Source: Chiloscyllium plagiosum
Lineage: Eukaryota
Length of the DNA stretch: 64,000 bases
Assembly (NCBI RefSeq): GCF_004010195.1
Contig: NC_057718.1
Span: forward strand, 67,596,408 to 67,660,407
Reading direction: 5' to 3'
Below are positions 49,788-63,800 of this stretch, piece by piece (within the stretch, counting starts at the first letter, position 1; each line of letters begins with the position of its first letter). The notes under the pieces are model-generated. The model was not told the origin of the DNA. It was given only the letters and a program-made list of their open reading frames with translations, and ran no database searches. Both the position numbers and the translations under genes were made by a program.

Positions 49788-50975
49788 AGTCATAGAGATG
49801 TACACCTCAGAAACACCCTTCAGTCCAACTCGTCCATGCTGACCAGATATGCACAAAACCACCCTCTGTGTGGAAAAAGTTGCCCCTTGGGTCCCTTTTT
49901 AAATCTTTCCACACTTATCCTAAGTGTATGCCCTCTAGTGTTGGACTCCCTTACCTGAAGGAAAAGACCTTGTCCATGCCCCTCATGATTTTATAAACCT
50001 CTAAGGTCACTCCTCAGCCACCGATGCTTCAGGGGAAATAGACCAGACTATTCAACCTGTCCCTGGAGCTCAAGCCCTCCAACCCTGGCAACATCCTTTG
50101 TAAATCCTTTTTGAACCCTTTCAAGTTTCACTACACCCTTCCTTTGAGCAGAGAGACCCGAATTCCACCCAGTATTCCAAAAGTGGCCTAACCAATGTCC
50201 TATACAGCCACAACTCTTGTACTCAATGCACTGATGAATAAAGGCAAGAATTCTAAATGTGACCTTTATTATCTTGTCTTCCTGCGGCTCCTCTTTCGAG
50301 GAGCTATGAACCTGCACTCCAAGGCCTCTCTGTTCAGCAACACTCTCCAGGACCTTATCATTTAAGTGTACAAGTCTTACCCTGATTTGCCTTTCCAAAT
50401 GCAGCACCTCACATATTTTTCTAAAATAAACTGCTCGGCACATTAACCCATCTGTTCAAGATCCTGTTGTACTCTGAGGTAACCTTGGCTGTCTGCCAAA
50501 CCTCCAATTTTGGTGTCACCTGCAAACTTACTAACAATACCTCCTATGTTCACATCCAAATCATTAATGTAAAAGACGAAAATCAGTAGACCTAGCACCG
50601 ACCCTTGTGGGACACCGCTGGTCAGAGGTCTCCAATCTGAAAAGCAACCCTCCACCACCATCCTCTGTCGTCTATATATTGGAGCCAGTTCTGTGTCCAA
50701 ATGGCATGTACTCCCTGTATTTCATGTAATCTAACCTTGCTAATCAGTCTACAATGAGGAATCTTATTGAATGCTTTTCTAAAGCCCATATGGATCACAT
50801 CCACTGCTCTGCCCTCAGTCAATTAAGTTAGTGGGACGCAATTTCCCGTGCACAAAGCCATGTTGACTATCCCCAAACTGTCCTTGCCTTTCCAAATATA
50901 TGTAAATCCTGTCTCTCCGGATTCCTTCAAACAACTTGTCTGCTACTATCGACAGGCTTACTGGTCTATAGTTTG
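49788..50975 (-). mobile_element. CR1/HER1 LINE fragment with an internal deletion
   Basis: SDWRPLTSGVPQGSVLG..YINDLD..SKFAGDTK. Confidence 0.9.
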
Positions 50976-51679
50976 AGGTTGAAACTTTAGTTCGACTTGG
51001 CCTAAGCTGTTATCATTTAACACAGACATTACTTGTGTGTATTGTCATCAAAATGCTGACAAATAAAAATTCAGAACTACTCTTATGCTGCATCATCCTT
51101 CGTTCAATTGACCTGTCGCTCTGATTTCATTGGAACCTGTTAAAGTGACCAGGCCCAGGGCAATACTAGAACATTTAATACGCGTTTTATATCTGCGTCT
51201 ACCAAGGAAGAGGATTTGGAAGGAAGTTATACTTGCATGCAACGCAGCCAAAGTTCATTGGGTTGGACTCTGGGTTGCTAAAGTCTTTTTTTCTCAGCTG
51301 GCGAAGGGAGGGAGTCTGCAGAATGTGGGGAAACTGTCTCCGCATAATTGAGTGATCATTTGAGACTGAGATAAATAGAAATTTCTTCCTTTCGCTAAAA
51401 GGGTGGTGAATTCTTGGAATTCTCTATCCCAGAGAGTAGCGGATACCTCTGGTGAATAAATTTAGGGTTGAAATGAACCTAAAATCTCACTATATAGGAA
51501 TCGAGTCCCATGGAAAGTGAAGTTTGAGCCATTTCGGCTTCATGAGTCAGCTGTCATTGTAATGAATGGCAGAGCAAGGACGATGGTCTGTACGATCTAT
51601 TCCTTCTCCTAGTTCTTGTATCCTAAGTAAATCTAGTCATTTGCTGTAGTCAAACAGAGTAGGTTTCTTCATATTATCG

Positions 51680-52925
51680 AGTCATAGAAATGTGCAACAT
51701 GGAAACAGACCCTTCGGTCCAAGTCATCCATGCCGACCAGATATCCTAAATTAATGTAGTCCTATTTGCCAGCACTTGGCCCATATTCCTCTAAACCCTT
51801 CCTATTCATATACCCATCCAGATGCCTTTTTAAATGTTGTAATTGTACCAGTCTCCAACACTTCCTCTGGCAGCTAATTCCATACACGCACCACCCTCTG
51901 TGTGAAAAAGTTATATCTTGGGTGTCTTTTAAATTTTTCCTCCCTCACTCTAAATCTATGCCCTCCAGTTCTGGACCCTCCCCCCCCCCCCCCCCCCCCC
52001 CCCCAGGGAAAAGACCTGGTCTATTTACCCTACCCATGCCCCTCATGATTTTATAAACCTTTATAAGATCGCCCCTCAGCCTCCAACGCCCCAGGAAAAA
52101 CTGCTCCGGCCTATTCAACCTCTTCCTATAGCTCAAGTCCTCCAGCCATGGCCACATCCTTGTAAATCTTTTCTGAACCCTTTCAAGTTTCACAACATCC
52201 TTCTGATAGAGGGGAGACCAGAATTGTGCACAATATTCTAAAACTGGCCTAACTAATGTCCTGTACAGCTGCAACGTGACCTCCCAACTCCTACACTCAA
52301 TGTTCTGTCCAATAAAAGAATGCATACCAAATGCTGCCTTCATTAACCTATCTACCTGCGACTCTACTTTCAACGAAATATGAATCTGCACTCCAAGGTC
52401 TCTTTTTGTTTTTCCCCAGCACCTTACCATTAAGTGCATAAGTCCTACTCTGATTTGCCTTTCGAAAATGCAGCACCTCACATTTATCTAAATTAAATTC
52501 CACCTGCCAATCCTCAGCCCATTGGCCCATCTGATCCCATTGTACTCTGAGATAACCTTTTTGGCTATCTGCCGCACCTCCAGTTTTGGTGTCATCTGCA
52601 AACTTACTAACTATACCTCCTCTGTTCACATCCAAATCATTTATATTAATGATGAATAGCAGTGGACCCAGCACTGATCCTTGTGGCAGTCTGCTGGTCA
52701 CAGGCCTCCAATCTGAAAAGCAGTTCTGTACCACCACCCCCTGTCTTCTACCTATAAGCTAGTTCTGTATCCAAATGACTAGTTCTCCCTGTATTCTGAG
52801 AGATCTAACCTTGCTAACCAGTCTACCATGAGGAAACTTGTCGAGCACCTTACTGAAGTCCATATAGATCACGAACACTGATCAGTCCTCTTCGTTACTA
52901 CTTCAAAGAGCTCAGTCAAGTTCAT
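51680..52925 (-). mobile_element. CR1/HER1 LINE 3' ~1.2 kb
   Basis: PQGSVLGPLLF..SKFADDTK and LYRTLVRP.LEYC.QFWSP; ctatgac tail. Confidence 0.92.
51980..52004. repeat. C25 homopolymer
   Basis: Seen directly, inside a CR1. Confidence 0.9.
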
Positions 52926-54424
52926 GCTGCAAGAAATTCTGTGTCATCCAGTCTATAATATTGGGATAATCAGTCCCAAGACATTGCAGTTTCTTGGAAT
53001 CATTGGAGGCAATAGATAGTCATATGCTAATATGTTATGGTGCCTAGAGATGACAAGTTGGTGTTGCTAAAATGGCAGATACAACACAAACATAGTAGTG
53101 ACATATTACCGTGCGTTACCTAGCAGAATTACTTTGACGTTTTGGTACAAATGGCAGCTCCAGTCATGGATCATAGTAACATTAGCATGTGATTTTGAGT
53201 CACTTGCCTACAACCTGAATTGGGGAAGTTATTGGCTCTGAAATTTTCAATCCTGTATGGAAGGTCTGATTCAGAGCAGACTTTAAAATTATTCCTACAG
53301 TACATAGTGTCAGAAATACCTTGAATTGAATTGCACTGCAACATTTTTCCAGGAATTTATTTAAGTACATTTGTGGATGTTTTCGATCAATATTCATTAA
53401 CTTATTTGAATGGAATTCAATAATTAACATTTTGTGTGCAACAGTGATATTTGTTTGTCTGTGTGCACTGTGAAAAGTTAATAGGAATGTCATAGATTCT
53501 GTTCACTACCCAGGAAGAAATAGAAATCTTCAGGCTACCCTGTGTCAGTGATAATCCTGATTTTTCTTGTCAGTGTTTTTTTATTATTATGCTTGCTCTG
53601 TTAAATAATAGACTGACTTTTATTTTTCTTTTTGCCAAGAGTTCCCAAAGTAGTTTGCCACCAGTAAAGTACTTTGGAGGTTTAGTCATTATTTAAGGAA
53701 ATTGTAGCAGTCAATTTATATATGAATATGTTATTCTTTGAAATTTAAAAGGTTCAAGGATAATTTGACCAATGTTTTCAAATTATTCAGGGGAGTGGAT
53801 GGGTTGGCTTTTTAGAAACCACTTGCGATGCTAGCGAAGGTTAGGATTATGGACTATAGTAAAAAAAATTAGAACCGTATTTTTCAAGAGTAAAGTTACA
53901 TGCAAAGTGTAGAAGTTTGGAACGCTGTTGCACAAATGACAATTCATGTGGGATTGTTGTGATCCCTGATAATTTTAATCAAGATATTGAATTTCCTGAG
54001 AATTCCTGAAAGAATCGCACAATATTTCAAGTTTCAAAATTTAACACAACAAACAAACTTAAAATTTGGCTAAGCACCTGCTAAGCAACTTGTACTCTAA
54101 TTTAGAGATTTGTTTTCCCCATTTAACTTTTAAAATGCAGTAAATCTCCCTTCACAGTTTTATTGGTTCATTATTGCCCTTTTAGGGAAGGAAACTGCCA
54201 TCCTTACCTGGTCTGGCTTGCATGTGACTCCAGACCCACATCAGGTGGTTGACTTGTTAACTGACTTTTGGGCAATTAGGGATGAGCAATAAATACTAGC
54301 TAAGCTGGTGATGCCCTCATTCTGTGAATGATTTCTTTGAAAAAAATCACTCTGTCCTTTTCATTGGAAAGTTAATTTTACAGGAAGCACCCTGAAACTA
54401 TTCTTAGCTCCCGATGGCTTGCTC

Positions 54425-54552
54425 TGTTTAGAAGGTCGGTTAGAGCTGAAACATTGACTTCTGCACCACCTGATGCTGCCTGGCTTGCTGTGTTCTTCCA
54501 GCCTTCTGCTTGTCTACCTTGGATTCCAGCATCTACAGTTTTTTTTTGTCTT
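54425..54552 (+). mobile_element. Diverged PLE terminal fragment
   Basis: gaaacattgac..gatgctgcctggcttgctgtg..ttccagcatctacag resembles the family-A 3' end. Confidence 0.6.
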
Positions 54553-54619
54553 TAACTCTCCTTCCATTCTAGCTGGATAAGTTCTAATTCCTGAAATGAT
54601 TTTCACAATGAGGGTTACT

Positions 54620-56830
54620 GTGGAGCACACTAATGTATGAACTGGAAGCAGGATAAGACCACTTGACCCCTCCCATCCGGTTCTGTCATTCAGTGAAATG
54701 ATGACTGATCTCATTACTGTAAATCGCTTCAACTACCTTTCGATAACCTCTCAACCCCGTGCTTATCAAGAATCAATCTACATTTGCCTTAAAAATACGA
54801 TGTGGAGTTGCCATTGTTGGACTGGGGTGAGCAAAGTCAAAAGTCATATGACACCAGGTTATAGTCCAACGTGATGAAGGAGCAGCTTTCTGAAAGCTTG
54901 TGATTTCAAATAAACATGTTAGATTGCAACCTGGTGTTATGACTTCTGACTTTGCCTTAATATTTAAAGATCTTGCTTCTACTGCCTTTGTTTTGGAAAG
55001 ACATTGAGAAATAATTTCTCCTCTTTGTCTTAATTGTGTGAGACCTTATTTTGAAGCAGTGACTTGGTTCTCGATTTTTCATAAGAAGAAATATTTTTTC
55101 TAAATGCACTCCTGTCATGATCTTACCCACTCCTAACGAACTTATGCCCATCCTTAAAGAAGGAGATCAATGCAGTAGTCCAGGTGCAATCTTTCCAATG
55201 CCTTGTATAACTGAAGCAAAATTTCTACTTTTGTATTGATTTCTCTTTTGTTATAAATGGTCAACTTTTCCAATTACTTGCTGTACCTGCAAATTAGCTC
55301 TTTGGAGATTCATGCATGAGGATATCTAGATCCTTCTGCATCTTGGCCCTCGACAATCTCTTAACTGTTTCGATAATATGCTACTACTTGTTCTTTGTGC
55401 CAAAATGACAAGTCTCACATTTTTTGTGTTATACGTCATTTGTCAGATCTTTACCTAACCACTTAACTTATCCATATCCTTTTGTTCTCTTCACAACATG
55501 CTTTCCTATCTATATTTGTGTCATCACAATTTTAATAACCATACCTTCGATTCATTCCAGGTCATTGCTGTAAATTATAAACAGTTGTGGTCCCAGCTCT
55601 GATCCCTGTGGAACTACACCAGAAATGAACTTTTTATGCCTACTGGCTAACTAGTCTCTTATCCTTGCCAATTTGAGCTTTTACTTTCTGTAGTAACCTT
55701 TGTGGCTCTTTTATCTGGGTATCTAAGTGAAGTACTTCCAGTGGTTTGCCTTTATCCACATCACATTACTTCAGAGAAATCCAAAGAAACGTGATTTGCC
55801 TTTCAAAATACCATGTTCACCTCGATGTAGGTTTGCTCGCTGAGCTGGAAGGTTCAGTTCCAGACGTTTTGTCACCCTACTAGGTAACATTTTCAGTGGG
55901 CCTTTGGCGAAGCACTGCTGAGAATTCCTGCTTTCTACTTATATATTTGGGTTTCCAAACAGTGGTCTCCTTATCTGAGGAAGGATGTTCTGGCTAGAGG
56001 AAGTGCAACAAGAGTTTACCAGACTGATTCCTTGGATGGCAGGACTGACTAGGCAGCGAGACAGAGTTGATTAGGAGTATATTCATTGGTGTCCAGAAAC
56101 ATGCAGGAGGTTTTCATAGAAACCTGTGAAGGTCTAACAGGACTAGTCAGGATTAATGTGGGAAATATGTTCCCAATTACTGGGAATACCAGAACCAGGG
56201 ATCATAGTTTGAGGGCGTGCAATATGCCATTTAGGAGGGAGATGAGAAATTCCTTCAACCAGAGGGTTTAGATTAGATTCCCTACAGTGTGGAAACAGGC
56301 CCTTCGGCCCAACAAGTCCACACCGACCCTCCGAAGAGTAACCCACCCATAACCATTCCCTTCTGACTACTGCACATAACACTATGGGCAATTTAGAATG
56401 GCCAATTCACCTGACCTGCATATCTTTGGACAGAGTAGTGAACCTGTCGAATTCTCTGCCAGAGAAAGTGGTTGAGGTTCAAACATTGAATGTTTCAAGA
56501 GTAGTTAGATACAGTTCCTTGGGTTAAAGGCATCAAAGGGCATGTGTTAAAGTGGGTATAGAGTACTGAGTTGAATCATCAGCTGTGATCCTATTGAATG
56601 AAACTATTATCTTTAAGACCACGTGGAAAGGTGGTCTGAAAGATAAGAGCTCCTGGGGTCCAGTTGGTTTGCAAATTGGAGGGAAAGGGTGATGATGGAG
56701 AGTTATTTTTGTGATTGGAAGGCTGTGACCAGTGGGATACCACATGGATTGTTACTAGGATCCTTGCTCAGTTATTAATGACTTAACTGTGAATGAAGTG
56801 GGATAATTAGTAAGTTTGCAGATGAAAATT
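54620..56830. mobile_element. Old CR1 fragments on both strands, with a family-B PLE end (~55825-55960) and an HE1 3' part (~56266-56430, minus)
   Basis: Degenerate CR1 motifs; HE1 tail; hammerhead at 55860-55899(-). Confidence 0.7.
54799..54955. mobile_element. Family-C PLE-derived short palindrome inside an old CR1
   Basis: caaagtcaaaagtcat..acaccaggtt is inverted as aacctggtgt.atgacttctgactttg; the centre is tgatgaaggagcagc..gaaagctt. Confidence 0.75.
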
Positions 56831-57849
56831 AGCAATAGATATCCTAATTAGCTATCTTTGAGACGACTCCCCCAAAACTATCAATGGAATCAAATTAAGT
56901 ATAATGTATGACTGTTTGTTTATAAAAGCTAGAATTCATAACCTCAACTACAGGAGGGCCTTCAGAGTTATTTTAAACAAATCTGTACGTTTCCCTGTTT
57001 TACAGCTCTCAATGTCTCATACTTTTTTCACAGTAAGGTACTTAGGCCTATCTTAAGTTTTAACAACCAAGCCACTTTGTACTTCTTGCTGATCTGAATT
57101 TGTGCGTCTTCATTTTTAAATTTTACCTTCTGGAAGACAGTCAAATTACAGTTTTATGGCAGTTGTAGGATTTTTAACAATCAAATGTTAAATTCAAGAA
57201 TGAGAATGATTGATGTTGCCAATCAAAGTTACTAAGAGGTGTGTTACAAAGTCACGTGTGCAGAGTTGAATCACAGGTCAGCTATGGCTTCATTGAATGC
57301 CAGATGTTCTTGAGGAGTTAAGTGCCCCACTCTTTGTATTCTTCTATGTAGTGTTTGGCTAGATTCCAAAAAAATTAGTGAAATAAATGGCTGGATAATC
57401 TGATTTGATGTTGAATAAAGGAAAAATATTGGCAATATCTTGGTGTTGGAGTAGTGCAGTTGGATTGTTTTTGCTACCTGATTTGATAGTTTTGGGCATC
57501 CCATCCGTCTCATTTGGAAGATGGTACTTCTGACCATCCTTGACACACTCAATATTGTGTTGAATTGTCAGATTGTATTATGAGCTGAATTCTCTGAAAT
57601 GTGTTGTCAAGTTCAGACATCTGACTTAGGTGAGTGTTTCAACACTGAGATTAAATAGGGAAGCCTTTAAAGTATTTTAAAATACCATTTCTTTTTATCT
57701 TGGATTGCTTCTAGAATGCCCCATGTTGACTTTGATTTGAGAACTTTGACTGTGGCTCGAATCGCTTTGCTTTCCCTAAATAGCATTGCAAAAGATAGGC
57801 CAAAGCATTTGGTACCAACATTAGATACCAGTCTTCAGCTGAAGCTGAT

Positions 57850-60800
57850 TCAGTACATGATATCTAGAAAAGATCAAGATACTGGACCCTGGAAGATAGA
57901 GGCAACAGGCTTTGTCATCATTCTGGCCCTAAAGCTGAAGACTTATGCTCCTGATTGTATTCAATCTTTCCCATAACTCTATGACAATGGTATCTAACCA
58001 ACAGTGTGGAAATTTACTATGTCATAGCCGCAAAAAGCAGAAGAATTCCAACCTGGCCAACTTCCTTCCCATCACGCTGCTCTTGATCATCGTCAGTGTC
58101 ATCAACAGTGCTATCAAGTGGTAATTACTTTGAGCATTACTAGTTTGGTAATGCTCAAACTAGTTTGGTTTCTATCAGGGCAGTGTGGCACCTGACATCA
58201 CTGCAACCCTGATCCAAACATTGCGAAAATAATTAAATTCAGTTGAGGAAGTGAGAATGACTACTCTTGATGTCAAGGCAGCAAATAATTTTGTGCGGCA
58301 TCAAGCACCCCTGATAAAACTGAGGTCATTTGGAATCAGTGCGGAACAACTGTCCACTGCTAGCGCAATGGCAGATAACTGGTTGTTGGTGAATCATCAG
58401 TCATAGGATGTCACTGTTGTAATCCCTTTGGGTGATATCTTAGCCTGAATAATTTCAACTGCTTCATCAATGACCTCCCATCAATAAATGCTGTCCAGCC
58501 AGTGATGTCCATGAATGAATAAAAAGGTCAGAAATGCCCACCACTTTTGTCTCTGAATGATGCGTAGCTTATTTCTGTTTACCCTGGAAAGAGAAGATAT
58601 CTCAGGAATTTGAATAATGTGAAGCAAACTATCTTGCACTGCAACTTTACAGTAAACCCCCAACTCTACGAAGAAAGTGCTACTGTTGAATCTATTTGGC
58701 TTTTGAATCTATCATACAATTGAGTAATGTCATGAGTTTCAGTGCCAATGTGATGCAAGATATGTAGGTGTACGTCCCAACAACTGTATCAAGCAACACT
58801 TTTTTGGGCACCTTGCAGCAGAAAGCATGCCCATCTTGCTAATCCAGCCTATACTTGCAAGTCTCAGAATGATTAAATTCATCATTAGATGTGATTTATT
58901 TAATTTGGACTGTCCTAAGAATTGGACAATTTAAGATTATCAGTCAGGCTCTGTACATGCTATAAGCTACATGTATTAAGCACACAGGACACTAGTTTAT
59001 TTAGGCAAAACATTTCAGACCTACTCTGCACCTTATTCATTGGGGAAGAAGTTTATTGAGATTACCAATCTTAGCTTGGCCAGGGATTTGGCATGGGAAT
59101 GCAATCTGCTTGGTCTGAGAGTTGAGGTTGACTGTCGGTTGTTTCAAAGGGGCCCAACCATCTTCTCAAAATGGTGTCCCATTTTTCAAATCTGTTACTT
59201 GAATCCTAATTCTGACGGGTGAAAGTTGATAAGCTTCGACTTGTCTCCTTTTAGCAGTGTTGTGGTAGTGCAGATGTTCATTGATTTCACATTGTTAAGT
59301 ACCATTTACGATGACTCTGACACTGAAGCAGTTCTTGTCCATTTGCAGCAAGACCTGGACAGCATTTAGGCTTGGGTTGATTAGTGACATATAATATTGC
59401 ATGGCACTTGTGATATGAATGACCATTAATTCTTGTTGAATCTCTCCATGGTACTCTAAAGCATAATCATTGCAGAATCTCCCACTGTCAACATCTTAGT
59501 ATTGCCATTGACCAAAATCTGAACTAGACCAGCCATAGAAATACTGCGGCTACAAGAACAGATCAGTGTGGCTAGGAATTTTGCTGGCAAGCCTGCCATG
59601 ATCTACAAGATTCAAGTCAAGTATGTGCTGGAATAATACAACTCTAATAATACTCCAAAAACTCAATGCCACACAGGACAAAGCAGCCCACTTAATTGGC
59701 ACCACACCTGAAACATGTCCTTGCCCCGACTGTACGAATTAGGAGCAGGACTAGGACACTTGGGGCACATGAGTCTGCTTTGCCATTCAGTAAAATCACA
59801 ACTGATGCGCAGACTCCACATTTTTGCCTAAACCCAATAACTTTTCACCCTGTGTTTACAAGAATGTATTTACCTCGGCCTAAAAATATTTAAAGCCTCT
59901 ACTTTCACCATTTGAAAGATGCACAAACCTCAGATTTTAAAAATTCCCTGCGTATTTGTCTTAAATGAACATCCCCTTATTTGAAACAGTGACTCCCAGT
60001 CTGGATTGGCCTGCAAGAGGAAGCATCCTTTCTGCTTGCACGCTGTCAAGATCCCTCAGGATCTTCTGTGTTTCAATCAAATCACCTCTTACATTTTTAA
60101 ATTCCATTGAATAGGGGCTTAACCTGCTCAAAGCTTACGAGGAAGATAAGAGCTTTGGTATAAAGGGCAACATGTTAGCCTGGATAGATGATTGGCTGGC
60201 TAGTGGAGAGCAGAGTATGCATGATTTGGTCCTTGTCTAACTGGCAGAATGTGTCTAATAGAATCCTGCAGGGCTCTGTGTTGGGACCTCAAATGTTTAC
60301 AATTTACATCAATATCTTACATGAGAGGAGGAAAAACATAGTAGTGAAGACATCAAAGTAGATCGGAAATTATGTTGTGAGGAAGTCGTAGACGGAATAA
60401 GCGGACAATATTTGGCAGATGGAACGCAATGTGGGAAAATGTGATGTTGTTTACTTTAGTAAGAAGAATGAAAAAGCCGAATATCATTTAGATAAAAAAG
60501 GATTGCAGAATTCTGAAGTGTGGAGGGATTATAGGTGTTTTGATGCATGAGTCAAAAAAAAATTAGAATGCAAGTAAAGTATGTAATCAAAAAGCTAATG
60601 GGATGGTATACGGTGCTACCAAGCAGCACCTGTTCAGCAATAACCTGCTGAGTGACACCTAGTTTGTGTTCCACCAAGGCCATTCAACTCCTGACCTCAT
60701 TACAGCCTTGGTTCAAACATGGACAAAAGAGTTGAATTCCAGAGGTGAGTGGGAGTGACAGCCCTTGACATCATTTGATAGAGTGTGGATCAAGGAGCCC

Positions 60801-63800
60801 TAGCAAAACTGGAAACTATCCAGTAGTTGAGTCACACCTGACATACCTGAGATGGTTCAGGTTGTTGAAGGTCAATTATCTCTGCTCCAGGAAATCTCTG
60901 CAGGAGCTCCTCAGGATAATACCCTAAGCCCAACCATCAATGCTTCATCATAAGGTCAGAAGTGGGGATATTCTCAGATTTACACCATGTTCAGCACCAT
61001 TCGTGACTCCTCCGATACTGATCAGTCTGTGTTCAAACACAACAAGATCTGGACAGTATCCAGATTTGGGCTGACAAGTGGCAAGTAACATTTTGTGCCA
61101 CACAAATGCCAGCTGATGACCACCAATAAGAGACAATCTAACCACTGCCCCTTGACATTCAATGGTGTTACCATTGCTGAATCCCCCACTGTCAACATGC
61201 TGGGAAGTATAATTGACCAGAAACTCAACTAGACTCACCACAAGTCATTCATTATCTGACTTGGGAATATATCACCATTTCTTTACTGTCGCTGGGTCAG
61301 AATCCTGAATTCCCTCCCTAAGAGCACTGTGGGTCAACCCACAGCATGTGGATTGTAGTGGTTCAAGAAAGCAGCTCACCATCTCAAGGGCAACTAGGGA
61401 TGGGCAATAAATGCTGGCCAGCCAGCTATGCCACATCCTACAAATAAATATTTTAAAAATATCTTTTACTTCAAGAAGAATGGAACATGTAAGTAAGCCA
61501 ATGTGACACCTTTTTATTTAAGAACGCAAGGAGTCAAAAATCAGATAACTGTAAGCTAGTTGGGAAAATGTTGAGAATCTATTAGAAAGGAAACAGTAGC
61601 AGATCATTTGGAAGTACATAATATGATAAAGCAGAGTCAGGATGTGAAATCGTGCCTGACAAATATTGTATAATTCTTTTGAGGTAACAAGCAGAATAGA
61701 TAAAGGAGAAGCAGTGGATGCAATACATTTAGATTTTGATGTTTGGTAAGATGCCATGTATTAGGCTACTTTATAAGGTAAGAGTCTATAGTGTTGGAGG
61801 TATTGTAGTCAATATGTATGGTGGAATAACTAACTAAAAGGAGGCAGAGAAATAGGATAAGGGGGGCATTTTCAGGATGGTAACCTGTAATGGTGTGCCA
61901 CAAGATCAGTACATATTATTTACAACATGTATTCATGACCTGGATAAGGAAAGTGAATCTATTGTAGCCAACTTTGCGGATGACAAAAATAGGTGGAAAT
62001 GCATGTGGTGAGGACGATGTATGCAGATAGATATAGACAAGTTAAGTGAATGGCAGAAACTTGGCAGTTGGAGGTAAATGTGGGAAATGTGAAGTTATGC
62101 ACCAAGGTAGGAATAATAGAAGAGCTGAATATTATTTAAAAGGAGTAAGACTGCAGAAAGCTGTATAATAGAGGGATTTGGGGGGAATCCTCCATGAATT
62201 AGATAAAGCTAGAATCTAACTTCAGTGGATGTTCACTTTATTTCAAAGGGAGTACAGTATAAAAATATAGAAGTTTAGCTAAAACTACAAAGACACTTGT
62301 CAAATGACGCTAAGACTATGAACAGTTTTGGTTTCCTTATCTACGGAAAGAAATACTGGTTTTGAGGCAGTTCTGACAAGACTCACGAGGCTGATATCAG
62401 ATATGGAAAAGAAGTAGAGTAGGTTGGCCTATACTCATTTGTAAATAGAAGAATGATAGGTGACCTGATTGAAACATGCAGGATTCTTGAAGGAATTAAT
62501 AGGGTAGATGCAGAAAGGTTGTTTCTCCCTTATGGGAGAACCTAGGACCACAAGGCATAACCTCAGAATATGGTGTTGTACATTTAAGGATGAGGAGGAA
62601 TTTGTTCTCTGTGGGGTTGTGAATCATTGGAATTGTTTACCATTGGAGCTGTTCAGGCTGATTAAGTATATTCAAGGCTGAGCTACAGTATTTTAATCCG
62701 TAAGGGAATCCAGAGTTATGGGGAAAAGTAGGAAAGTGGAGTGGATTATCAGGTCAGCCATGATTTCATTGAACGGCAGATCAAACTGGATAGGCTGAAT
62801 GGCCGACTTCTCCCATGTTTTACGAACTTATGGTAAGAATGTAAGCTTCAGTTACACAGGGCATTGGTGAAACCGCATCTCAAATACTGTATGCAGTTTT
62901 GGTCGCCTCATTTAAGGAAAGATTTAAATGCAAAAAAGGTGGTTTACAAGGATAGGTTGGTTATGCTGAGCCTATTTCCATTGCTGTTTAGAAAAGTGAG
63001 GGGTGACTTGATACAAGTATATAAAATCTTGACAGGGTGGATGTGGAACGGATGTTTCCTCTTCTGGGGCAATCCAGAACAGGGAGCATTTAAAAAAAAA
63101 GTCATCCTAGAGCAGGGTAAAGGCTAGTAATACTGCAGTGAATAACTCCCCTCCTGACTCCCCAAAGCCTGTCCACATCTACAAGACACAAGTTGGGAGT
63201 GTGATGGAATATTGCCCACTTGTCTGGATGAGTGCAGCCCCAACAGCACTCAAGCTTTACACGATTCAGGACAAAGCAGCCTGCTTGATTGGCACCACAT
63301 CCAAAAGTATCCGTTCCCTCCACCTCTGCTGCATTGCAGTGGTGTGCACGATCTGCAAGATGCACTGCAGAAAGGTCCTCAGACAGCGCCTTCCAAACCC
63401 ATGACCACTTTCATCTGGAAGGGAAAGGGCAACAGATACATGGGAATGAACAGGGGGCATTTGGAAAAAAAAGTCATCCTTTGAAGACATGAGAATGTTT
63501 CCCTCTGAAGGTTGATAAATTTGGAACACTCTGAATCAGAAGGCTATGGATAAGGGGGTTATTGATATTTCTAATACCAACATGGATAGACTCTTTTTAG
63601 GCAGGGGAATCCAGGATTATTGGGGGTGGATGGAAATATGACATTCAAAAAACCAACCAAAACAACCATGATCTATTGAATTGCAGAATGGCCAAGGGGG
63701 CCAAATGGTCTACTTTCCCTATTTTGTGTGCTTGCGTAACCTTTCCTCAGAAGACAGCCTACCCATTTCAGTATTAGCCTAATAAATCTTCGAAGTTGCT

